A stretch of DNA of 64,000 nt from an uncultured Solirubrobacteraceae bacterium (GCA_963712675.1 CAVQJF010000021.1:319114-383113); one strand, 5' to 3'; counted from the first letter of the stretch, positions 37,044 to 47,187 are shown. Numbers and translations: made by a program. The notes: generated by a model from the letters alone, not told the origin.

Positions 37044-38404
37044 AACCCGGCCTCGAGCTCGCCGAGCTCGGTCACGGGCGGCTCGCCGTACATCCACTCG
37101 CGCGCGATCCGGTGCCAGTTCGCGCTCGCATGCAGCTGACCGAGCAGCGCGAGCGTGAACAGGTCCATGCGCCGCGCGAGCGCGTGCTCGGGCGGCAGAT
37201 GCTGGTGGCGGAACTGGCGGAAGTGTTCCGAGCGTGGCATCGCCGATTCGATCAGCGCCGTCGTCGCCATCTCCGGCGTCAGCGCGATCTCCTCGTCGTC
37301 GAGGTACCAGCCGATCGCGTCGTGGACGTAGTCGAGCCAGGCCGCCGGGTCGATCCGGCCGGGGTCGGGAAAGATCCCGGCCGCAGCCATCAGCGCGTGC
37401 AGCTCCGCGGCGCGGTGCTCGGCGGCGGCGCGCTGACAGGCGAGCTCGAGCTCGACGCTCGCCGGCGCCATCCGCTTGAAAAGGCCGAAATCGAAGAACG
37501 CGACCCGGCCGTCGGGCTGCAGCAGGAAGTTGCCCGGGTGGGGATCGCCCGAGAACTCGCCGCGGCGGTAAAGCGTGCCGCAGAAGAACCTGTAGACCGC
37601 CTCGGCGACCCGGTTGCGCACGTCGTCGGGCGCCCGCTTCAACTCTTCGAAGCCGGCGCCCTCGACGTACTCCGAGACCAGCACCTGCTTGCCGCACAGC
37701 TCGATCACGACGTCCGGCACGGAGATGAACGGGTGCTCGCGGAACACGGCGGCGAACTGACGCTGGTTCTTCGCCTCCTGGACGTAGTCGAGCTCCTCGC
37801 CGACGCGGAGCCTGATCTCTCTCGCGAGCGCCTCAACATCGAGCCCCGGCATCGTCCGCTGCGCGAGCCGCAGCACGAGCGAGAGGTTCTTCATGTCGGC
37901 GCGGACCGCGGCAGCCACGCCTGGGTACTGGACCTTGACCGCGACCGTGCGGCCATCGCGCAGCTCGGCGCGGTAGACCTGGCCGATCGAGGCGACCCCG
38001 ATCGGCTCCTCGTCCAGCGAGCGGAAGATGCTCGCCCGCGGCCGGCCGAGGTCCTCCTCGAGCGCGCGCATCATCCGCGCGAACGGGACCTGGGGCGCCG
38101 AGTCGCGGAGCGCGGCGAGCTTGCGCTGGAACTCCGGCCGCGCGTCGCGCGGGACGACGCCGAGGTCGACGAACGACAGCATCTGGCCGAGCTTCATCGC
38201 CGCGCCCTTCATCGTCCCAAGCACGGTCAGGATCTGATCCGCCGTCTCGAGGTGGCGCCGCTCGAGCGCGGCGCGGCGCGCTTTCGGCGGCCGGACGACG
38301 TTCGCGGCGTGGGTGCCGGCGTGGCGCGCTGCCTCGGTCGCGGCTAGCTTGCCGACCTTCGCGGCCCGGGCGGCGCGCGAGGTCGGGATGCGCGCCTCGC
38401 CCAC
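37022..38404 (-). CDS. ABC1/AarF/UbiB family kinase
   Basis: MKLGQ, ASIGQV, VAVKVQYPG, ELDY, GDPHPGN, DFG. Confidence 0.92.
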   Translation of the reverse strand: MGEARIPTSRAARAAKVGKLAATEAARHAGTHAANVVRPPKARRAALERRHLETADQILTVLGTMKGAAMKLGQMLSFVDLGVVPRDARPEFQRKLAALRDSAPQVPFARMMRALEEDLGRPRASIFRSLDEEPIGVASIGQVYRAELRDGRTVAVKVQYPGVAAAVRADMKNLSLVLRLAQRTMPGLDVEALAREIRLRVGEELDYVQEAKNQRQFAAVFREHPFISVPDVVIELCGKQVLVSEYVEGAGFEELKRAPDDVRNRVAEAVYRFFCGTLYRRGEFSGDPHPGNFLLQPDGRVAFFDFGLFKRMAPASVELELACQRAAAEHRAAELHALMAAAGIFPDPGRIDPAAWLDYVHDAIGWYLDDEEIALTPEMATTALIESAMPRSEHFRQFRHQHLPPEHALARRMDLFTLALLGQLHASANWHRIAREWMYGEPPVTELGELEAGFYADSSA

Positions 38405-38409
38405 GGTGC

Positions 38410-39087
38410 TCAGGCTTTGATGCCGTCGCAGAGGAGGCCGATCATCGCCTCGATGTAGCGACGGCGCTCCTCGGGGCCGGCCTCGCCGCGGACGGCGGCG
38501 AACAGCGCCGGCAGCGTGAGTGAGGTGAGCATTCGGCCGACACTCGCGGTGTCGATGTCGGCGCGCAGGAAGCCCCGGTTGACGCCGTTCTGGAGGAACA
38601 CCGCGCCGAGGCCGCCGAACGTGTCGAGCAGTCCCAGCACGCGCTGGGTCATCTCCTCGTCGATCGAGGTCGCCTCCAGCAGCACCACCGATCCGAGCCC
38701 CGGATCCTCGTCGAGCAGCGCGAATAGCCGCTCCGAGATGTGGCGCAGCTGCTCGCGAAACTCGTCGATCGTGTGCGCGGGCTCGGCTGTCTCGAGCGCG
38801 AGCGTCGAGACGATGCGCTCGACGCCATAGTCGACCACCTGGTCGAGGATGTCCCGCTTGTTCTTGAAGTAGCGGTAGAACGTGCCGTGGCCGATCCCGA
38901 GCCGCTCGGCGATGTCGGCGATCCCGGAGGCGCTGTAACCGCGGGTGGAGAAGACCTCATACGCGGCCTCGATGATCTCGGTCCGGCGGCGCTCGACGAG
39001 TTCGTCGGGCGGGGGCCTGCGCCCGCGCCGGCGACCGGCCGGCGAGGCCTCAGATGACGGCGCGGTGGGCACGGAGGCGCGTTCCAT
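38410..39087 (-). CDS. TetR/AcrR family transcriptional regulator
   Basis: IIEAAYEVFSTRGY..IADIAERLGIGHGTFYRYF HTH. Confidence 0.95.
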   Translation of the reverse strand: MERASVPTAPSSEASPAGRRRGRRPPPDELVERRRTEIIEAAYEVFSTRGYSASGIADIAERLGIGHGTFYRYFKNKRDILDQVVDYGVERIVSTLALETAEPAHTIDEFREQLRHISERLFALLDEDPGLGSVVLLEATSIDEEMTQRVLGLLDTFGGLGAVFLQNGVNRGFLRADIDTASVGRMLTSLTLPALFAAVRGEAGPEERRRYIEAMIGLLCDGIKA

Positions 39088-39094
39088 GATTAAC

Positions 39095-39112
39095 GGAACG
39101 ATACGTCATGCC
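39095..39112. promoter_or_regulatory. 18-bp operator E directly upstream of tetR
   Basis: GGAACGATACGTCATGCC; preceded by CCATGATTAAC, the same context as site F. Confidence 0.75.
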
Positions 39113-40503
39113 GCCGCCGGCACTGCATCTTTTTGACCGGCACGCCAGGCGGCGGCGGCACGCCCGAGCTCGGTCGCTGGAGGCTCGCCGAACAGCCACT
39201 CGCGCGCGATCCGATGGAAGTTGACGACCGGGCGCAGCTGGCCGAGGATCGACAGCACCTGGATCTCCACCCGGCGCTGGACCATGTGCGCGGCGGGCAG
39301 CTGCTGGCCCTTGAAGATCCGGTAGATCGGCCCGCGCAGGTCGGTCGCGAACGCGGCGATCAGGTTCGTGACCTCGGGCGTCAGCTCGAGCTCGTCGTCC
39401 TCGAGGAACCAGCCCTGGGTCTGCAGCAATCCCTCGAGCAGCATCTCCTTGGGAACGCGGTCGTGGTCGAACGTCATGTTCTGCCGGGCGAAGCAGCGGA
39501 GGATCTCGTCGATGTCCTGGTTCGCGATCGCGCGCCCACCGTCAAGCTCGAGGTCCGCCGTCTCGCGGTCGATCCGCTTCAGCAGTCCGAAGTCGATGAA
39601 GCCGATCGTCCCGTCGTCGAGCAGCAGCGAGTTGCCCGGGTGGGGATCGCCGCTGAACGCCAGCAGCTCGAACGGGCCGCCGACGTAGAACCGGAAGATG
39701 ATCTCCGCAAGGCGGTTGCGGGCGTCCTGGTCAAAGCCTTCGGCTGCGGCCATCGGGCGGGCGTCGAGCCAGTCGGTCACGAGCACGGTGTCCGAGCAAA
39801 GCTCGGTGTGCACTTCGGGCACGCGGATGAACGGGTGCCCGCGGTAGTGGCGCGCGAACAGCCGGTGGTTCTGGGCCTCGAGTTCGTAGTCGAGCTCTTC
39901 GTAGACGCGCTCCTCGACCTCGGCGATGATCGAGGTGATGTCGATCCCCGGGATCACCGCCTGGGCCGGCTTCGCGAACAGCCGCAGGTTCTTGATGTCC
40001 GAGCGGACGGCCGTCGCGATCCCCGGATACTGGACCTTGACCGCGACCGCGCGACCGTCCCTGAGGCGCGCCTTGTAGACCTGCCCGATCGAGGCGGCAC
40101 CGACCGGCTCGCGATCGAACTCGGCGAACACGTTGTCGATCCGGTCGTCGAGGCCCTGCTCGATCTGGCGCTGCATCTTCCTCCAGGGGACGTTCGGCGC
40201 TCGGTCCTGAAGTGACGCCAGCTTGCGCTGGAACTCCTCGCGGTGCGAGTCCGGGATCAGCCCGAAGTCGACGATCGACAGCGACTGCCCGACCTTCATC
40301 GCCGCGCCGCGCATCGTCCCCAGCAGGGTGACGAGCTGCTCGGCGAGCTCGAGCTGGCGGCGTTCGAGCGCCGCCATCTGCTGCTCGTCGGTGCGCGCGA
40401 AGTTGGCGGCGCGCATCGCCAGGTGGCGGGCGCCCTGACCGCCGGCGACGCGCCCCATCTGAGCGATCCGCCGGGTTCTTGAGGTTGAGACTCCGCCCGC
40501 CAT
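39106..40503 (-). CDS. ABC1/AarF/UbiB family kinase
   Basis: MKVGQ, AASIGQV, VAVKVQYPG, ELDY, GDPHPGN, DFG. Confidence 0.92.
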   Translation of the reverse strand: MAGGVSTSRTRRIAQMGRVAGGQGARHLAMRAANFARTDEQQMAALERRQLELAEQLVTLLGTMRGAAMKVGQSLSIVDFGLIPDSHREEFQRKLASLQDRAPNVPWRKMQRQIEQGLDDRIDNVFAEFDREPVGAASIGQVYKARLRDGRAVAVKVQYPGIATAVRSDIKNLRLFAKPAQAVIPGIDITSIIAEVEERVYEELDYELEAQNHRLFARHYRGHPFIRVPEVHTELCSDTVLVTDWLDARPMAAAEGFDQDARNRLAEIIFRFYVGGPFELLAFSGDPHPGNSLLLDDGTIGFIDFGLLKRIDRETADLELDGGRAIANQDIDEILRCFARQNMTFDHDRVPKEMLLEGLLQTQGWFLEDDELELTPEVTNLIAAFATDLRGPIYRIFKGQQLPAAHMVQRRVEIQVLSILGQLRPVVNFHRIAREWLFGEPPATELGRAAAAWRAGQKDAVPAAA

Positions 40504-40510
40504 GATTAAC

Positions 40511-40528
40511 GGAATGATATGTCAGTCC
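40511..40528. promoter_or_regulatory. 18-bp operator F
   Basis: GGAATGATATGTCAGTCC, 7 nt from the kinase ATG. Confidence 0.85.
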
Positions 40529-40767
40529 GGGTGGATTGTCAACGGTGGGCGCAGACGTCGACCGAGCCGCGAGATGGGCGAGGCCTGGGCCAAATGGCCG
40601 CTCTGGCGACCATCCCGTCCAGGGGTGGCCGTCGAGGTCGTGTGGGCGGCCGGGTCGCGCGGGGGTGGGGCCGGCGAGCTTGAGCCGCTTGGTGACGGAT
40701 GTCACGCAATTGCTACACAGGTGTAAGATGATTCGAAGCCGGGAAGCGACCGACTGAAGAGGATGAG

Positions 40768-42180
40768 ATGAGCGTTCTGATCGAGGACACACCGACCACC
40801 GCGAACGGGCTGATCGGGAGCGCGCCGCCGTCGCAGGCGGGCCCTGTCGAGGACATCTCGGCGCTGCGCACGCCGCCGGCGATCCGCTGGCCCCGGCCCG
40901 TGCAGGTGGTGTGGTTCGGTCAGCTGCAGTGGCACTTCATGTTCCACCACCAGAAGAAGTTCGGCGAGGTGTGGACGGCCAATGGCTACGTCCGTGGCAT
41001 GACGGCGGCGACGCACCACCCCGATCATGTGCGCTCGGTGTTCAAGGCCCCGCCCGAGCTGGTGCCGACGCTCGCGGCCGAGTCGCCGCTGCGGCCCGTG
41101 CTCGGACCGAGCTCGGTTCTCACCTCGAACGGCCCGCGCCACCTGCGTCAGCGGAAGCTGCTGCTGCCGCCGTTCCATGGCGAGGCGATCGCACGCTACG
41201 AGCAGATGATCGCCGACGCGGCCGAGCGCGAGATCGGCCGGTGGCCGGTCGGCAGGCCGTTCGCGCTCGCCCCGCGGATGCAGGCGATCACGCTCGACGT
41301 GATCATGGCGGGGATCTTCGGGATCGAGGGCAAGCCCCGGCCGGGCACGGCCGAGCACGCGCTGCGCCAGGCGATCAAAGGACTGTTGCGGGGCTCGACC
41401 TTGCCGGGCGCGAAGCTCGCCGAGTGGATGAACATCGGGCACGACGAGCCGTTCGGATTCACGTGGCTCGGTCTGCTGATCCCGGACCGCTGCGTTTACG
41501 CGCTGATCGCCAAGCGCCGGCGCGAGACCGACCTCGACGAGCGGACGGACATCATGTCGCTGATCATGCGCGCGCGAACGGAGGACGGTGACACGCTGAC
41601 CGACCGGGAGCTTCGCGACGAGCTGATGACGCTCGTGCTCGCCGGCCATGAGACGACCGCGAATCAACTCGCGTGGGCGTGGGAGCGGCTGGTGCGCACT
41701 CCGGCCGCACACGAGCGGCTGCGCGACACGGTCCGGAGCGATTCAAACGACGCGGCCGACGTCATCGAGGCGACGATCAATGAGGCCATGCGCGTGCGGC
41801 CGGTGATCCCAGTCACGGGCCGCCGCGTGGCGGTGCCGTGGCAGCTCGGCGAGTACGGCATCCCAGCCGACAGCGGGATCGCGATCAGCATCCTGCTGCT
41901 GCACCACCGTGAGGATCTGTACCCGGATCCGTTCTCCTTCCGGTCGGAGCGGTGGATCGGCCAGAAGCCCGGAACGTATGAGTGGCTGCCGTTCGGCGGC
42001 GGCACGCGCCGCTGCCTCGGCGCCGCGCTCGCGATGGCCGAGCAACGGGTCGTCCTCAAGTCGATGGTGGAGCGGCTGGACATCGAACAGACCGATGAGA
42101 AAGCCGAGCGGCCCAAGCACCGCAACGTGACGATGATCCCCGCTCGTGGCGGGCGCGTCACGATCCGCGCCAGGCGGTAG
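40768..42180 (+). CDS. Cytochrome P450 (CYP135-like)
   Basis: LAGHETT, EAMR, FGGGTRRCLG. Confidence 0.95.
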   Translation: MSVLIEDTPTTANGLIGSAPPSQAGPVEDISALRTPPAIRWPRPVQVVWFGQLQWHFMFHHQKKFGEVWTANGYVRGMTAATHHPDHVRSVFKAPPELVPTLAAESPLRPVLGPSSVLTSNGPRHLRQRKLLLPPFHGEAIARYEQMIADAAEREIGRWPVGRPFALAPRMQAITLDVIMAGIFGIEGKPRPGTAEHALRQAIKGLLRGSTLPGAKLAEWMNIGHDEPFGFTWLGLLIPDRCVYALIAKRRRETDLDERTDIMSLIMRARTEDGDTLTDRELRDELMTLVLAGHETTANQLAWAWERLVRTPAAHERLRDTVRSDSNDAADVIEATINEAMRVRPVIPVTGRRVAVPWQLGEYGIPADSGIAISILLLHHREDLYPDPFSFRSERWIGQKPGTYEWLPFGGGTRRCLGAALAMAEQRVVLKSMVERLDIEQTDEKAERPKHRNVTMIPARGGRVTIRARR

Positions 42181-42281
42181 TTCACCGCTCCTACACATCG
42201 AGTCAGCCAAGCTCGCATAAATTCGGCGCAACGGGGAACCCCAGGTCCATACCCGTCCAATCGATCAACGGAGGAAGGTCG

Positions 42282-44234
42282 ATGAGTCGAATTGACCCTC
42301 GTCGCGTACGCGCATTCGGAGCCGCGCTGGCAGGCTTGCTCGCGCTCGCCGGCGGCGCCACGGCGCTCGCCAATACCAGCGCGAAATCACACCGCCGTGG
42401 TCACCCGCACGCGCGCAAGCGGCCCAGACATCACGGCTTTGGGCGCACGACGACGCCGATCAAGCACGTGATCGTGATCATCGGCGAGAACCACACGTTC
42501 GACAACGTGTATGGGACCTATCGGCCGCCCGCCGGCCAGAGCGTGATGAACCTGCTCTCGGAGGGGATCGTGACGGCGTCCGGGGCTCCCGGACCGAACG
42601 CCGCGAAGGCCGGGCAGCAGACCGCAAGCGCCACGTCGACCTACCAGCTCAACCCGACCCGAACCGGCCCCTACGCGACGCTGCCGCAGCCGAACACGAC
42701 CTACGTGTCGTCCTCTTGCGACGGCCAGAATGGCAACCAGCCCGACACGCGGTTCCCGGGCAATCTCGCCAACGCGCCGTACCAGATCACGAAGTTCGTC
42801 CGGTACTTCGACGGTCACGCACAGTACTCGGGCACATGTGAGTACAACGGCGCGTACGTCGGCGATCCGATCCACCGCTTCTACCAGATGTACCAGCAGG
42901 TGTCCCAGGGCAAGAACGACCTGTGGACGTGGGTCCACGGAACGGCCGGCGACTCCAACGGCGCCCCGCCGCCGAGCCCATTCAACGACCAGTCGACCGA
43001 CCAGGGCGCGCTCGACATGGGCTTCTACAACATGGCCCACGGCGACGCGCCGGTGCTCGACTTCCTCGCCCAGCACTACGCGATGTCGGACAACTACCAC
43101 CAGGCGGTGATGGGCGGAACCGGGGCCAACCACATCGCGCTCGGCACGGGCTACGCCGCCTACTACCAGAACGCGACCGGCAACCCGGTCCCGCCGCCGT
43201 CAGGTGAGATCGAGAACCCGAACCCGCTGCCCGGGACCAACAACTGGTACACGCAGGACGGGTACGGCGCGAGTGGCACCACGAACGGTGGCAGCTACTC
43301 GAACTGTTCGGACCACTCCGCGGCAGGCGTCTCGGGCGTATTCGCGTACCTGAACACGCTGCCGTACGAGGTGTTCAACGACTGCGCCGCGAGTCACTAC
43401 TACCTGCTCAACAACTACAACCCCGGGTTCAACGCCGACGGCTCGCTGGATACGTCGACATTCACGGTGCCGCCGCAGGTCAACTGGCCGACGATCGGCG
43501 GGTCGCTGTCCGTGCACGACGTCAGCTGGGGCTACTTCGGGGAAGGGTTCAACGGGGGTAAGCCAACGCCCGATTACTGCGGGATCTGCGATCCGATGCA
43601 GTACTCGAGCCAGATCATGACCAACTCGGCACTGCGGGCGAACACCGAGCACGGCCTGGACGACTTCCGCTCGGATGTCGCCAACGGCACACTGCCCGCG
43701 GTCTCGTTCCTGAAGCCGGGCAACGATGATGGCCACCCGGGCTATTCGACGCTGGCCGCGTTCGAGGGGTTCGCCGACCAGGCGATCACCGAGGTCCAGG
43801 ACAACCCGCGCCTGTGGAAGAACACGGCGATCTTTGTCACGTTCGACGAGGGCGGCGGGTACTACGACTCGGGGTACATCCAGCCCGTGTCGTTCTTCGG
43901 CGACGGCACGCGCGTGCCGATGGTGGTCGTCTCGCCGTTCGCCAAGACCGGCTACATCAGCCACACCTACACCGACCACGCCTCGATCCTGAAGTTCATC
44001 GAGGCGAACTGGAAGTTGCCGGCGCTGTCGCAGTTGAGCCTCGACAACCTCCCGAACCCGACCATGACGTCGAGCAACCCGTACGTTCCGAGGAACAGGC
44101 CTGCGATCGGAGACATGATGGACTTCTTCGACTTCAAGGCCGCTCAGGCCGCACGGGCGCCGGCGCAGCTGCCGCGGATCCGCGGTGGTCAGCGAACCGG
44201 GCGCCTGATCCACATCCCGAACTCGCTGAGGTAA
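42282..44234 (+). CDS. Secreted phosphoesterase (acid phosphatase AcpA / phospholipase C family)
   Basis: Signal peptide; PIKHVIVIIGENHTFDN, MSDNYH, DGHPG, TFDEGGGYYD, DGTRVP, DHASILKFIE. Confidence 0.9.
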   Translation: MSRIDPRRVRAFGAALAGLLALAGGATALANTSAKSHRRGHPHARKRPRHHGFGRTTTPIKHVIVIIGENHTFDNVYGTYRPPAGQSVMNLLSEGIVTASGAPGPNAAKAGQQTASATSTYQLNPTRTGPYATLPQPNTTYVSSSCDGQNGNQPDTRFPGNLANAPYQITKFVRYFDGHAQYSGTCEYNGAYVGDPIHRFYQMYQQVSQGKNDLWTWVHGTAGDSNGAPPPSPFNDQSTDQGALDMGFYNMAHGDAPVLDFLAQHYAMSDNYHQAVMGGTGANHIALGTGYAAYYQNATGNPVPPPSGEIENPNPLPGTNNWYTQDGYGASGTTNGGSYSNCSDHSAAGVSGVFAYLNTLPYEVFNDCAASHYYLLNNYNPGFNADGSLDTSTFTVPPQVNWPTIGGSLSVHDVSWGYFGEGFNGGKPTPDYCGICDPMQYSSQIMTNSALRANTEHGLDDFRSDVANGTLPAVSFLKPGNDDGHPGYSTLAAFEGFADQAITEVQDNPRLWKNTAIFVTFDEGGGYYDSGYIQPVSFFGDGTRVPMVVVSPFAKTGYISHTYTDHASILKFIEANWKLPALSQLSLDNLPNPTMTSSNPYVPRNRPAIGDMMDFFDFKAAQAARAPAQLPRIRGGQRTGRLIHIPNSLR

Positions 44235-44250
44235 CCCTCGCCTGGGGGCG

Positions 44251-45462
44251 CTAACACGACGCAGCTCGCCCGAGCAGGTAATCGCGCTCGGGCGAGCTGG
44301 TCGTCAACTGCCCCGCGCGGCGGTACGCCTCGCGGGCGGCCTCGGCGTCGCCGGCGAGCTCGAGCAGATGGCCGCGGACCGCGCACAGGCGGTGACTGCC
44401 CGACAGCCTGGCGTCGTCGTCGAGCGTCGCGAGCAGCTCGAGACCGGCCTGCGGGCCGCGGGCCATCGCGACGGCGACCGCGCGGTTGAGCGTGAACATC
44501 GGGTTCGGCGCGAGCCGCTCGAGCAGCTCGTACAGCGCGGTGATCTGCGGCCAGTCGGTTGCATCCGCGCTCGCCGCCTCGTCGTGGACCGCTGCGATCG
44601 CAGCCTGGAGCTGATACGGCCCCAGCGACGACGCCTGGAGCGCACCGGAGACGAGCGCGAGGCCCTCCGCGATCGCGGCGCGGTTCCACAGCGAGCGGTC
44701 CTGGTCGGCCAGCGGGATCAATCCGCCGGACGTATCGACCCGCGCGTCGCGGCGGGCATTGGTCAGCAGCATCAGCGCGAGCAGCCCCGCGACCTCGCCG
44801 TCGTCCGGCACCAGGCGGTGGAGCTCGCGCGTGAGCCTGATCGCCTCGGTCGCCAGCTCGGACCGCTGCAACGACTGGCCGGACGTGGCCGTGTAGCCCT
44901 CATTGAAGATCAGGTACAGGACGTGCATCACCGCGCGGACGCGCTCGCCGCGGTCGGGCTCCGGCGGCAGCGCGAACCCGGCCCCGCTCGCTTTGATCGT
45001 CTGTTTCGCCCGGCTGATGCGCTGCGCCATCGTCGCCTCGGGGACCAGGAACGCGCTCGCGATCTGCGCCGTCGTCAGCCCGCCGACCGCGCGCAGCGTG
45101 AGCGCGATCTGGGACGCCGGCGTCAGCGCCGCGTGGCAGCACAGGAACAAAAGAGAGAGCGTGTCGTCGCGATCGCCGACCGCCGGCGGCGCCGCGCCCG
45201 CCGCGGCGGCCACCTCCTCGCGCCGCCGGCGTGAGCCGTCGCTGCGGAACTCGTCGATCAGCCGTCGCGACGCGACCGCGAACAGCCAGCCGTACGGGTT
45301 ATCCGGGAGGCCGTCGTGCGGCCACTGGCGCGCCGCGGCCAGCAGTGCCTCCTGCACGGCGTCCTCGCACGCGTCGAACTGACCGTAGCGGCGTACAAGC
45401 GCCCCGAGCACCTGGGGCGCGTGGTCGGGCAGCAGGCGCTCGGTCTCGCTCGTGTCGGTCAC
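44251..45462 (-). CDS. ECF sigma factor with TPR-like C-terminal extension (ECF42-type)
   Basis: ACEDAVQEA, LFLCCH, GGLTTAQIA, QRISRAK, LIFNEGY, GPYQLQAAIAAVH. Confidence 0.9.
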   Translation of the reverse strand: MTDTSETERLLPDHAPQVLGALVRRYGQFDACEDAVQEALLAAARQWPHDGLPDNPYGWLFAVASRRLIDEFRSDGSRRRREEVAAAAGAAPPAVGDRDDTLSLLFLCCHAALTPASQIALTLRAVGGLTTAQIASAFLVPEATMAQRISRAKQTIKASGAGFALPPEPDRGERVRAVMHVLYLIFNEGYTATSGQSLQRSELATEAIRLTRELHRLVPDDGEVAGLLALMLLTNARRDARVDTSGGLIPLADQDRSLWNRAAIAEGLALVSGALQASSLGPYQLQAAIAAVHDEAASADATDWPQITALYELLERLAPNPMFTLNRAVAVAMARGPQAGLELLATLDDDARLSGSHRLCAVRGHLLELAGDAEAAREAYRRAGQLTTSSPERDYLLGRAASC

Positions 45463-45821
45463 ATCTCCATTCCCGCCGAGTCCATCAACGGCCAGACCTC
45501 GACGGCGCCGTACGCCACACTCGGCCAGCGCGTCGCGATCTCGACGGCTCGGTCGACGCTCGCGCAGTCGAGCAACACGTAGCCGCCCATGTGCTCCTTG
45601 CTCTCCGCGAGCGGTCCGTCGGTGATCACGGGGGCGCCTTGCTCGATCCGCACGAGCTTGGCGTTCGATGGATCGGCTAGTCCCTCGGTCCCGATCAGCT
45701 CGCCCGATTCGCGCAGCTCGGCGAACAGCTCATCCATCGCTGCCATCAAACGCTTGCCCTCGTCGCCGCTGAACAACTCGCGGGTGCCGGGGTTGTCCCA
45801 GATCATCAGCATGTACTTCAT
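45459..45821 (-). CDS. YCII/DGPF-domain protein
   Basis: TDGPLAESKEHMGGY; AGGAGG RBS; GTGA overlap with the sigma gene. Confidence 0.9.
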   Translation of the reverse strand: MKYMLMIWDNPGTRELFSGDEGKRLMAAMDELFAELRESGELIGTEGLADPSNAKLVRIEQGAPVITDGPLAESKEHMGGYVLLDCASVDRAVEIATRWPSVAYGAVEVWPLMDSAGMEM

Positions 45822-45885
45822 CGCGTCCTCCTGGTCGGGGTGTTCCTGATGCAAACAGGTCGGAGCCGGCGGAGGTTTCTCTACA

Positions 45886-47187
45886 TCACTTCGGGAAGTA
45901 CGGCAGCAGCTTCGGGTACTGGCCCTTGACGTACGGCTGCGGGTCGGTCGAGTCGCCCGGCTTGGGGTACGGGTTGACGCACAGGCCGAGCGACGAGGAG
46001 CACGGCCCGCTGCCGCCCGTGACGCCGCTGTTCGTGACCTCGAGGAACCCCTGCAGCCAGGGGCCGAGGCTGTCACCGTGGTTCAGCGCGTCGGACGTGT
46101 TGGCGAGGAACGCCTCCCAGCCGCCAAGCTGCGAACGGATGTAGCCCAGCAGCGGCACCAGGTTGGCGACCGCGGGGATCAGCCCGCGCGCGAGCGGCGC
46201 GAGCCAACGCTCGCCGGCGATCGCGTCGATGAAGGCCGGCACCGCGGCGCGCGCCGACGGTTCGAGCTGCACGCCGGTCTGGCGGGCGTAACGAACCGCC
46301 GGGCGCAGCACCGTCAGCGCCGGCAGCAGAGCCGCGGCGGTCGTGGCGGCGTGCGCGAGGACCGGCGTCGCGGCGGCGAGCAGGGGGCGTGCCCGCGGCA
46401 GCACCGCCCGCGCGGTGGCGAGCAGCGCGTTCAGCTGGTCGATCCCCAACCCGAAGGCAGTGTTGTTCGCGGCGAACGTCTGCGCCACCGTCCGCCCGGA
46501 CGAGATCAGCTCGGTGAGCTGCCCCTGCTGTGAGCCGAGCGCATCGAGCACGGTGGCGCTCGAGCCGATCAGCGTCGAGATCTGCTGCTCCTGCCCGGCC
46601 AGGGCGCCGGTCAGGCCGCGGATCCCGCCGAGCACCTGGTCGAGCCCCGAGATCGTGTTGTTGACCTCCTGGCCGGCGTTCGGGGCCCGTAGACCGCGCG
46701 CCAGCGCCTGCGTTCCCTGGTCGAGCAGCCGCCGCGTCTGCGGGTCGAACACCTGCAGCGCGTCGTCGGGCTCGACGGTCGGGACCGATCTCACGGTCGC
46801 GCCGCTGCGGAGCTTCGGTCCGCTGACCGGTCCCGGGTAGACGTTGACGAACGGCTCCTGCAGGAACGTGCGGTGGTCGACCTGGACGATCGTCCCGGCT
46901 GGCAGCGGCGCGTACTTCGGGTAGATCGTGAAGCTCACCTGCGCGCGAGCGTGGACGATCGCGACGCCATCGACCTCGCCGACCTGGAAGCCGCGGTACA
47001 TGACGATTGACTTCTTGACCAGGTTCTGCGAGTCGGGGAAGGTCGCGCGGAGCTCGTACTGCGCCCCACCGCCCGGGAGCAGCGTGGGGCCGCCGAAGGT
47101 CGTGTTGAGGTACAGGAACAGCCCGATCGCGGCGAGCGCTGCGAGCAGGAACGCGGTCAACTTTGCGCGCGGGATCTGGGTCCTCAT
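45886..47187 (-). CDS. MCE/MlaD family protein (6th)
   Basis: N-terminal TM, then F..SQNL...S.VMYRGFQVGEV MCE domain. Confidence 0.88.
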   Translation of the reverse strand: MRTQIPRAKLTAFLLAALAAIGLFLYLNTTFGGPTLLPGGGAQYELRATFPDSQNLVKKSIVMYRGFQVGEVDGVAIVHARAQVSFTIYPKYAPLPAGTIVQVDHRTFLQEPFVNVYPGPVSGPKLRSGATVRSVPTVEPDDALQVFDPQTRRLLDQGTQALARGLRAPNAGQEVNNTISGLDQVLGGIRGLTGALAGQEQQISTLIGSSATVLDALGSQQGQLTELISSGRTVAQTFAANNTAFGLGIDQLNALLATARAVLPRARPLLAAATPVLAHAATTAAALLPALTVLRPAVRYARQTGVQLEPSARAAVPAFIDAIAGERWLAPLARGLIPAVANLVPLLGYIRSQLGGWEAFLANTSDALNHGDSLGPWLQGFLEVTNSGVTGGSGPCSSSLGLCVNPYPKPGDSTDPQPYVKGQYPKLLPYFPK

